Shown: in pieces, positions 53,556 through 64,000 of the stretch | Position numbering within the stretch: the first letter of the stretch is position 1 | Layout: every line of letters begins with the position of its first letter | NCBI RefSeq assembly: GCF_006345805.1 | Contig: NC_042998.1 | Location: forward strand, 106,888,001 to 106,952,000 | Direction of reading: 5' to 3' | Origin: Octopus sinensis | Taxonomy: Eukaryota | DNA: 64,000 nt | Made by a program: the position numbers and the translations under genes | The notes under the pieces: model-generated | Databases searched by the model: none | What the model was told of the DNA's origin: nothing | Seen by the model: only the letters and a program-made list of their open reading frames with translations

Positions 53556-54150
53556 TGGCAAAAATTTAGATTCAGATGAATTAGGTACTTAAGTTGAGGT
53601 ACCAGAATTTAGTACGGTATAATCCATACTGTTTCAAAATAAGGTGATTAAAATCCAAATAAGCAACAAGGGTATCCAGAGGTAATGCAGTACGATCGTT
53701 TCAAGCGACTCCATTTAATTGAACAATGAAATCATTACATCAATTAAAATGCAGAGCAATCTTCAGCTGCATAAATACATAGAACTAAATTAAATTAAAA
53801 CAGATGGACACATTAGTTTAATTTTGCCTTTAAACCTCAAGAAGGTAAACAAGGAAGGAGATAAACAAAAAACATGCTGTCTTCGCTTCAGCTTAAAAAC
53901 TACCAAGGTATCAGGAAGAAAGACTTGTCATAAGGCGAATTGTACGTCATTATCTAGTAAGATTTGGGAATTGAAGGAAAGCGAAATTGGGTTTGGCCTT
54001 AAATTGGAAATAATAAAAACAGCACAGCCTTATAGAAATAGTAGATATGGGTGTGAGCTGTGCTCTATGGAATCTTGAAATTTTTAAGCATACAGATAAG
54101 GGCAACCTGATTAATAATAGATTAGACCTTAGGGTATCATGCGTACATAG
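53556..54150 (+). mobile_element. Penelope-like element: inverted pseudo-LTR segment plus GIY-YIG C-terminus
   Basis: TSLSSKIWELKE..EIIKTAQPY..CELCSME, then (frameshift) LEIFKHTDKGNLINNRLDLRVSCVH, matching the PLE endonuclease C-terminal pattern. Confidence 0.85.
53685..53772 (-). ncRNA. Hammerhead-like motif with long stem II
   Basis: ATGCAG-CTGAAGA-(57 nt)-GAA-ACGATCGT-A-CTGCAT: perfect 6-bp stem I. Confidence 0.62.
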
Positions 54151-54616
54151 TGTCACCTGTACTTGTAAATATTTTCGAAAGTAGCACTTTATAGGTCTTA
54201 TGATTGAAGTGATTTTGATGGAAACTTACTTTTAATATTTTTAGTCTGAAATTAAAGTACATTGCATATATGACAACATAATAAAAGCTATAAAGTACAG
54301 TTAGTTGGTGTGCTAAACAAAGTTAGTATACTATCCACGTGAATTTTCCTGCCTAGTTGATCAGATATCATCACGGTTTTAGTAATTACTTTATCGCTTT
54401 CTTAAAGTGTTCCACCCTCTTGATCTTAGTATTTATAAGGGCCTTTATGTAAGTAGCCCTTCTAATTAAGTACCCCTAAGAAACTATATCATGTATGGAT
54501 TAACACTAAAAACTTTTAAAACCTATAATATACCTCTTAGTTTATAATTAGTATACGATTAGTATGTCCTATAACATCAATATTCCTTTAGTTAATTCCA
54601 GGTATCAGTGTTTTTA

Positions 54617-55190
54617 TCAGGTCATCCCATAAGTTCTGTCCAAATTTTGAATAAAGAAAACAAGTGATCAAATGTTATATTTAGTTGGAATTTAATCATT
54701 AGAGTACTTTCTCTGATTATCTATGACTTCCCTCCATCTATCTACAAGCTTTTTAATCCCATCAATGTAAAACTCTTTTGGTTTCAAAGCGAAAAACTCT
54801 GAAATGGCTTGCGAAAGTTATGTCCCCCAAATGATTCTGTAAACTACGAAACAAATGGTAGTCTGAAGGAGCAAGGTCGGGAGAATAAAGTAGACGAGGA
54901 ATTTTTTTCCAGCCAAGCTCTTCAATCTTCAGTGATGTGACCTTTGTATTGTGGGGTCGCACATTGTCTTGATGAAACATCACTCCTTTTCGATTCACTA
55001 AAGCGGGTCTTTTTCTCTTCAAAGCCTGGTTCAAACGCTCTAATTGCTGACGGTAGACTTGAACATTGATTGTTGCATTAAGTGGAAACAATTCAAAGTG
55101 AATTACTCCTTTGCAATCCCACCAGATAGAGAGAAGAACCTGTTTTCCACGATGTTCCCTTCTCGGTTGTGGCTGGGCTGTTTCCCATAC
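54617..55190 (-). mobile_element. Mariner (DD34D) transposon 3' half with transposase pseudogene
   Basis: VLLSIWWDCKGVIHFELF..FHQDNVRPH..YSPDLAPSDYHLFRSL. End TA|TCAGGTCATCCCATAAGTTCTGTCC at 54617. Confidence 0.92.
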
Positions 55191-55197
55191 TAGGATT

Positions 55198-55315
55198 TGT
55201 AAACAGTTCTACCCATTACACACGTGGTTACTATTTCAAATGAGAGTAATTTAGCGCGCCAAAACGAGGACATTTGAAATAGTAAACACGAGTGTAATGG
55301 GTAGAACTGTTTACA
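55198..55315. repeat. 45-bp-arm hairpin with 28-nt spacer
   Basis: 55198-55242 is the reverse complement of 55271-55315 with 2 mismatches. Confidence 0.9.
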
Positions 55316-55647
55316 GGTCTGACTTTGTGCGGACGTCCTAGTATGCAGTCGTGCAAATTATATTCATCTGGACGGTCGCACCGATGATCTACGGACATTT
55401 ATGTAAGTAAAATTACGTAATATGTTAATAGTGAAACATGTATGCGAATAATCTATATTTTTATTGCTTTTTCTTTTGTCTTGCTCGATTATGTTTTGGT
55501 TGTTTTGCAAACTTTTTCTTGAGAACATTTCTTAGTGGTAAGACCATAGCGGATCTATTTCTAGCATAAGGGTGTCCACATAGGGGTTTCCCTCTAATAC
55601 ATATTTATATATATATATATATATATACCAGAAAAGGAGGTATTTCG

Positions 55648-55693
<46 letters not shown>

Positions 55694-56542
55694 GTGTGTG
55701 TGTGTGTGTGTTTGTGTGTGTGTATGTATCTATATGCACATAAATAACTGTATAGTCAAAGGTCTATGTTTATCACACAATAATGTATATACATAAATAT
55801 ATCCATAGAAACAAAAATACACACTCACATACACAGACACTGTCATACATATATACATACATGCACTCACGCGTGTGCGCGCGTGTGGTTGGAGAGTAGC
55901 TCAGATAATTGCAAACATTTATAGACACATGCACGCACACACACTTGCACTCACGCACACTTACACTCAAACACACACATACATCCGGAAGCGGAAAAAG
56001 GGAGAAGTGATGAAGACGCATGTGTGTTGTGTGTGCGTGTTGTGTGTGTATGTGTGTGTGTGTGTGTGCGTGTGTGTGTGTATGTGTGTGTGTGTGCGTG
56101 TGTTGTGTGTGTGTAGATATTCAGGTAGATGAATTAATAAATATATTTGGCAAACAAATAAATATGAATGCAAATAAAAGAAAATATTGGTAAAAAGTAA
56201 AAATCAATATCCATATATTCTGTTTATGTAGACAGCCAGCTACATAATAATACAAACTGATACATATAAGGAAACACGTTTGTATATACAATCTTTAGGA
56301 GTACAAACACAAACCAGTTACAGATGATATGCGTTTATAAATTATTGGGGGAAAATAAAAATTCACTTAGAGGTAAGATCGCGAAAGGTATATAGAATGA
56401 AGTGAAGCAAGATTTGGTTAAAGGAATGCTGGGAGTATATGAGGTGAAAAACCGTTAAGATTTGAAAATTCCAGATGTGCGTTTGGAGATGGCGAAAAGA
56501 AAAGATATGAAAGATTACCTAATACAAAATATAAGAATATAT

Positions 56543-56700
56543 AGGCGCAGGAGTGGCTGTGTGGTAAGTAGCTTGCTAACCAACCACATGGTTCTGGGTT
56601 CATTCCAATGGGCAAGTGCCCCGGGCCGACCAATGCCTTGTGAGTGGATTTGGTAGACGGAAACTGAAGAAGCCTGTCGTATATATGTATATATAATATG

Positions 56701-56796
<96 letters not shown>

Positions 56797-56980
56797 GTGT
56801 TTGTGTGTCTGTGTTTGTCCCCCTGCTGGTCTGTTTACGTCCCCGTCACTTAGCGGTTCGGCAAAAGAGATCGATAGAATAAGTACTGGGCTTACAAAGA
56901 ATAAGTCCCGGGGTCGATTTGCTCGACTAAAGGCGGTGCTCCAGCATGGCCGCAGTCAAATGACTTGAAACAAGTAAAAG
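56543..56980 (+). mobile_element. tRNA-derived SINE, family B, with internal (TA)n/(TG)n
   Basis: AGGCGCAGGAGTGGCTGTGTGG A-box, GGTTCATTCC B-box, internal microsatellite 56681-56810, 3' GACTTGAAACAAGTAAAAG. Confidence 0.9.
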
Positions 56981-57384
56981 CAAAAACAAAAAAACAATAT
57001 AAAAGCTATTATATAAATACATATATAATAACATAATCGTAATAAGGAAGATTACGAAATATGGATAATGGCAATGGAGAGATAAACGACAGAAGCGAGA
57101 ACTTAGTTTATGTATTCTGATGACAGAAAATCTCATCCCTGTATTCCTTCGAACATCATTTATTTATTTGAGCAACTAATGTTTTAAGCACACCTTCTCA
57201 CTTTCAACTTCTCACTTTCTATAACGTAATTTCTTGTTATTTTGCTACTTCCTGATAAGCCCTAACCGGCGAAACTTCTAAGTTGCAGTCTCTCTTTACG
57301 GTAACTATTTATAAAAGAGCAGAGAAAGTGAACAAAACAGGACACGGCAACACACACATATGCACGGGCGCACGCACATATATT

Positions 57385-57466
<82 letters not shown>

Positions 57467-57484
57467 TATATATATATATATTAT

Positions 57485-57552
<68 letters not shown>

Positions 57553-58439
57553 GCATGTATGTTTGTATGTATGTGCTAAAATGCTGCACAGTGAAACGAC
57601 TAAGCAACATAGGTAAACAGGAGAAAATGAACCTGGACACGCTTATCCCTCATCAGTTATCGACCAAAAATCCTATGCAAAAAGAAATATTTGATCACTG
57701 AAAGTGCAACGATAGTTTAACGTTATGCCGTGCCTTCATGCCATGACATAAAATTTGTAGCATAAATGCTACGATTTATGTCTATATGATTTTACGCTAT
57801 GACTTTATGGTTACGAATTTATGGCGATGTGGCTTTAGGCTATTACTTTATATCTTTGTTACTACGACATTGTAGTTCTGTTACTTTAAGCTACGACTTT
57901 TATGTATATATGACTTTATGGCTTTTATGCTACGGCTTAGTTACTATTTCAATTAAATTGGGAAAATGGACCTCAAATATACAACATAAAGAAAACATGA
58001 AATATTTACCACAATATATGCAAATGTACACACCCACACACACATATATGTGTGTATATATGAGTGTGTGTATGAGTGTGTGTGTAAGTGTGTGTGTGTA
58101 TGTATATGCATACATACATACATACATCCATACATACATACATACATACATACATACATAATACATACATACATACATACATACACACATACATACATAC
58201 ATACACACATACATACACACACACATACATACATACATACACACACACATACATACATACATACATACATACATAATACATACATACATACATACCCCCA
58301 CAACGGGACTCTTGTCTCCTTATATTAAACTCTTCTAGCTTCAGCTTTCTCAGATGTAACTCTTGAAATACAAAGAATACAAAGAATTTACATCGATACA
58401 TATGTGTTTGTATATAGATACACTCATATACATGCAAGG

Positions 58440-58495
<56 letters not shown>

Positions 58496-59605
58496 TTATA
58501 ACACTCGAAAGCGAATGTGTGTTGATAACAGTATGTAATAAGCTTTCGTTAAGAGAAAGTGTAAGTGGAAATGAGAGAGATATATATGGAGCTAGATAGC
58601 TAGAGAAAAAAAAGGTTACGGACGCATGTGTGCGTATGTGTGTCTGTGAGCGTGTATGTGTGCTTGTGCCTGTGTTTGTATATGCATGTATGTGTGTGTT
58701 TGTGAATTTGTGTATACACATGTATATGAACAGACATTCACTTACTATATATGGAGGAATATGTATGTGTATATGTATATACATACATACACACAAATGT
58801 ATATATATATATATATATATATATACACAAATATATATACATATATATACGTACATACACACATATGTATGTATGTGTGTGTGTATGTATGTATGTATGT
58901 ATGTATGTATGTATGTATATCAGATAATAAGTAGGTAACGGTAGATTACAATAGAAAAATAAAAATCTAAAGAAATATAATAAAAATATTTTACAAAATT
59001 TCCATATTGGCTTTAAAGATATTTTTATTTTGTTCCTTTAGTTGCTGTTTATCTGACTGATAAATATTTTGCAGACACAGCTTCTAATCTATAGAAGGGG
59101 AGAAAAAACAGTTCCCTCCCTTTAGAAATGTGAAAAAAATATGTAGATCTTCCTTTAATATAGTTTCTAAAATTATTTTCTGTACGCAAATGCACCTGAA
59201 TGCAAACATCACTTTGCTGTTGGAATATATCATTTTTAGCAAAAAAGAAAATTGTATCTTATATATGTCTATACCATAAAATGTATGATAACCGTTTGTT
59301 TTCATTGGCAGGAGAGTTTGTGGTGATAGCTTACATAGTTGGGAGATTATGATGGCGGCAGTGTCAACTCCAATGGGTATGTTGTATGTGGTTATGGTTA
59401 TTATAGCGATACTGTTGCCTGTGGTAGCTCTGATGAAGATGAGTATTATGGTGGTGGTGGAAGTGGTGTTGGTGGTGGCGGTTGTAGTAGTAGTGATAGT
59501 AATAAAATAATTTCGTCTAAAATGTTAGTGTTGTCTCACACCAGCTCTAACGCGCTAGTTTTAAGTTTTATAATGAACATAATGAATATTATTATCGGCT
59601 ATAAA

Positions 59606-59863
59606 TCATCGAAATGATATGTGTAAGTTTTTTTTATTGTCCCAGATGTGGCGAGGATTTGTAGCATATAAATTAAGAAGCTGCTTATTTTCCTCGAAGA
59701 ACCCAAGCCCAGCTATATTTTGATCCAGCCAGGTTGATACATATCCCACACTCAGTAATAATGGGTATAAACTGAAAGTGTATTTCGGGTGCTGGGTTGT
59801 CAGGCTTCTCATCGATGGTTTATAAATATCTTCTTTCTTCCGTAGTTTTCGTACCACTGTCAA
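59606..59863 (-). mobile_element. Diverged R4-like endonuclease C-terminal remnant
   Basis: IYKPSMRSLTTQHPKYTFSLYPLLLSVGYVSTWLDQNIAGLGF aligns with TYAELERNLQLLYPDYKFRFMPVINGGLGYVNHCLNTNLEKLGF of the 39-kb ORF. Confidence 0.65.
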
Positions 59864-60370
59864 ACGGACAGTCGCCTACCAGAACAGAATGTATTTTTAT
59901 TTAGTTGTACTGTACATCACTATCAATTTAGTTGTGATTTAATGTTTGTTGTTTGTATTCTTAGTTTCAATTAATATTCTTTTGATTCACCGGCTTAGAT
60001 ATGTTCATCTTTGTTTGCTTTTTTCTTCATACTTATTCTATTCCAAATAGTTTTGACTCCTAATTCTCGCATTACGTGGCATGATATCAATAGGTCATTC
60101 TCTCACAGATGGCAATAATGTGCCAGATGACTTCGCTTTTAATTTTGTTTAGTTTCTATTTGTTGTCGGCTCGCAACATATATAAGTTTATGCAAAATGT
60201 GCTTTTCATATGAGAGGGCCTGGGTGGGAAACTTTCCTAGATTGCATGGGGATAACCTTCAAAGTATACCTTTTGGTATTCGATATCAGGTTTTTAATAT
60301 GATACATTTCCTTTCTGGACTTGTTTTTATTATTCAAGTTTTCGTGTACAATCTTCACTATGAACAGCTC

Positions 60371-60452
<82 letters not shown>

Positions 60453-62716
60453 CGCGTGCGTGTGAAGTAGCATTTTAAAAATATTTCTTTGAAGGATATC
60501 TATGTTAGATTTTATTTTATGCCTCGCTTCAAGTATAACTGTTCAAATGTTTTCATCATCACACTCCCAGCTTGAGCGAAATAGTTTATCTTTTTTCTCT
60601 CTTCTAGAGACGTTGATTTAATGTTACAAACCGGGTTTCGTATAATATTGATATAAATTGGGGACCATGGTCACCACCATTATATGGGGAGTATAATTTG
60701 CCTATATCTCTATTGATGTGGAATTTCCGGTAACACTGAACAGCTTGCGATCTCTGACATCCATCTCGTTAAGTTCTTGTAATGATCAATCCAGGAAGCC
60801 AAATGTTGTCAGGATAAACATTGCAAAAGTGTTGTGAATGACATACATATTAAAGGCTGAAAGGTTTTATGACCGTACTTTCTTTTGTTTTTACCCGAAT
60901 GTAAAAGTTGTACTGTTAAACCGCATAAACAGCATCACAAGCTAAACAGCAGCAATGCTTTGCATATTTTCACACTTCCATTAATGACGTGAAATTTCTT
61001 TATTACTCTTGACTCTTCTGGTTTTTGTGTGGTCCAGCTTCTCAAGATTAGTCTGAGGCATTTGATTACGTAACCCAAATAAACAGAAATATAAATTTTA
61101 AGTTATATTCCGGGAGTAGAATCTGTACATGTCTTAGTTCATCGCTCGCACTATCTTTTTCCTATACCAGATATCTGATCTGTTGTGCCTATATTTTACA
61201 AACGATTTGACTTCATCATTCCAGTATTCTTTTCTGTTATAGGCGAGTATTCCTGTATATCCCTTAAACTTTTAAAATTATCTTAAAGACTATTATTTTT
61301 TATGTTTTCTATTGTATAGTATTTTAGCTACTACACCATGCTTCATAGGTAGGTGGCCTCTTCATGACATTTCAGACAACTAATTATGATATGTGTAACA
61401 TATTCCGTGATAATTCCACAGAGCTTTCGTTGGTTGTCATATCTATTTTCCCTACATCTCTATCAATTTTGTGAACCAGGTTTTTATTTATTATTTTTTT
61501 TCCTGAATTGCAAAAGTATACTCTGCTTATTTATGCTACTGACACTGAAGTTCTCTGACAACATAAACATGCATGACCTTTTGCTAATGAGCAAAAAGCT
61601 TTTCATTTCATGTTGGGTTGCTGTAGATTTGTAATGTTTTTACGCATGCGTGTATGAATGTAAGAGCGTATGCTTTCAGCATTTTACGTAATTTAGCTGT
61701 CCATGGCGAACAATGATGTAAACTCGGTTTCGATTCTCTGAAGCTGAAGTGAATTTGTATTCTTTTACACTGTAAGATTTTTGGAAAAGGTAAGAACGTT
61801 ATACGATCATACATTTTTATTCAAAAACATTATGACTTTGTACCAAAAAGTATTTTAGTACCTGAAATTATTTAAATGTTTTGCTGTTGAGAGAAGTTAG
61901 ATAAGTCGAAATGTGAGTGCTGAACGTGTTTAGATCGGAATCTTACGACTCTAAAAACACTTGCAAGAATATATGTATATAATAATATAAGTCTATATAT
62001 TTATATACAATAGAATTGTAGTTCTTCACTTTCAAATTTTATTGCTTGCTTGTGAGTCTTTCACTTCTCACTCACAATATTTTCCTTATACACAACCAGT
62101 AAAAATAGTGGATTCCAAGACAGACACAAGGTCACAGATTAAGCGAAGGGACACAGTCTACTATAGAGACTCGACTTGATTTTATTCAGCTTCGATGTAT
62201 TGATCTCAAAACGTAAAGCGTTATAACTAACAAAATTTTGTAGTATCTCGTGTGACATTCTAATGATTCTGCTAAATCACCAATAGTAAAAATGTTAAAA
62301 GGATATAAAACAGTTTTTAGTTCGTAAGAGATAACAGAAATGAAAGGATTCCTTGGAGTGTATAAACAGACATTAATTCTTGGAGTGTGGCAAGAATAGA
62401 AATGAAAGTCTTCAGCCACACGTCGATACTGACAACAAATAATGAGGAGTTGTTTTAAATTTGTGCAAGCCACAATTTTGTAGGGAAGATTTATAAGCCA
62501 ATAAATCAATCACACACTATAACAGACACTTATTTTATGGACTTTTGAGGAATATTAGCCAAAGTCAACTTTAGCGATATTTGAACTCACAAACTAAACT
62601 AAAACTGTAAAGTCCACTGTGCTACCGCTGCTGACATTCCGTCACGCTCATATACATAGCTATATTTTTAAACGTATCTTCTTAAATTAGCGCTAGTGTA
62701 CGTGTCCTCTACATAG

Positions 62717-62847
62717 ACACTCACCAAACGCCAAGAAGAAAACATTGATTGGTTCTTACACTTGCATGTTGCAAGTCGTTCTGAATATCTTTTGGAGAAA
62801 GCATTCTACAAGACTTGTATGGCAGTCTTCTTGCAATCACTGATGTC
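62717..62847 (+). CDS. Candidate internal coding exon (TLTKRQEENIDWFLHLHVASRSEYLLEKAFYKTCMAVFLQSLM)
   Basis: GTCCTCTACATAG acceptor, TC|GTAAGA donor, one frame open across 131 nt. No homology recognised. Confidence 0.3.
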
Positions 62848-63040
62848 GTAAGAGAGATGCATATGTTTTGTAGGAGTAAACTGGAGAGCCAAGCTAGAAT
62901 TCATTAATAATATATTACTATGGGCATTCCGATATCAATATACTCGGGTAAATTCGATTCAGTTCGACCAGATAATGAGAAAAATTACTTTTTCATAATT
63001 AAGATGTTTTTAGAACATAACTTTAAAATATCTGACTTAA

Positions 63041-63695
63041 CCCTTTGAACTCGCGGGTACGTTTAAACGAACGCAATTTTGTTTGACTATAGCCCTAGAA
63101 GACACTATAGTTATGTGTTTACCGCTAAAAATAACGCTGTTTTTGCAAATTAGCGAGCGTTAATGCAAAACCAAGAGGCCTTCCACTTCTGAAACTTCCA
63201 GAGTATATAGTGAAACGAAATCGCGCTAGCTAAAGCGTGCGGACGGATTTATCAGATTAATTTTTTAAAAAACAGCATTGAAGATTTCATTCAAATCTTC
63301 CTTCCTTGCACAAACAGATCGGCGATCACCTTCTGGTGACTTCCTTAACAAGGACATAGTGTTACAATGATTGTCATGAAATTTTCACGCGAGAATAAAA
63401 TGCTGCTTTCCTTCAAGTGATTTTTACAAGGATCCATATTGTCAGCGATCGCAGATTCTAAAGAAGTTAGAATCGATCTTCTCTACCATCGTACTTCAAT
63501 GAAAATTTTATGTATCGACCCTGAATGGATAAAAAGCAAGCGTAAGATCGGCTACATTTGAACTTGGAACGAAAGCTATTCTATCTACCACTCAAACGCA
63601 AATGCGCTGTTTAAATCTAAGCATAAGTAGTTTAAAATGAAAGATTATGTATGAGAAAACCAGAGGTAGTCTCAGACATGTCAGTTTCAATAGGG
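63041..63695. mobile_element. Possible non-autonomous piggyBac-type element
   Basis: TTAA|CCCTTTGAAC ... TTCAATAGGG|TTAA: TTAA on both flanks with short imperfect CCCT TIRs. Confidence 0.45.
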
Positions 63696-63892
63696 TTAAC
63701 AAAAATACCACGAGATATTTTTATTCGGTGCACTTGTTTATCTGTTTTCTAGTAGATGTATAATCGTACGCACCCCCCCCCCACACACACACCTTGCTAT
63801 AAAAGCAGATAGTAATTTTACCTTGTAATTATTCTTAGTGCAAGTTTTGAAGAGTGCAGTTCAATTTTAACAGTTATGTTTTTAAAGCTATA

Positions 63893-64000
63893 ATGGAAAT
63901 GACAAAGGAGCATATTCGGCATATTTTGCTTTTTGAGTTCAATAAAGGCAACAACGCAACGAAAAGTGCGAGGAATATTAATGCAGTATATGGGGATCGG
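63893..64000 (+). mobile_element. Mariner transposase N-terminus (runs off window)
   Basis: MEMTKEHIRHILLFEFNKGNNATKSARNINAVYGDR matches the mariner HTH start. Confidence 0.9.

Overview
AT-rich eukaryotic DNA saturated with microsatellites. The repeat families are ones I associate with Octopus/cephalopod genomes (inferred from recall, not a search). There is a 100-N assembly gap at 52102-52201. No complete protein-coding gene is supportable; nearly all long ORFs in the track are translations of (TA)n, (TACA)n, (GATA)n, (CA)n or (CTT)n tracts. The real content is a graveyard of transposable elements: Penelope-like elements (RT at 31.0-31.3 kb, GIY-YIG remnants at 10.3-10.5 and 53.8-54.1 kb, several pseudo-LTR families), R4/Dong-like RLE LINEs embedded in (TACA)n, an ORF1-only L1/Tx1-like element, RTE and HERO-like remnants, Tc1/mariner elements and a MITE, a hAT transposase remnant, a non-autonomous Helitron, three tRNA-SINE families and a 5S rRNA fragment. 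The most striking signal is a set of minimal type I hammerhead ribozyme motifs in at least four different Penelope pseudo-LTR families. They have palindromic stem III and include a U3-A8 compensatory core variant, a CCGAUGA variant and a long-stem-II variant. They sit alongside recurrent fold-back inverted duplications that end at (TA)n tracts. Also notable: a SINE 3' tail shared with the ORF1-only LINE, and a speculative phase-compatible spliced gene fragment (5.5-16.5 kb) whose last exon is duplicated at 23.9 kb.
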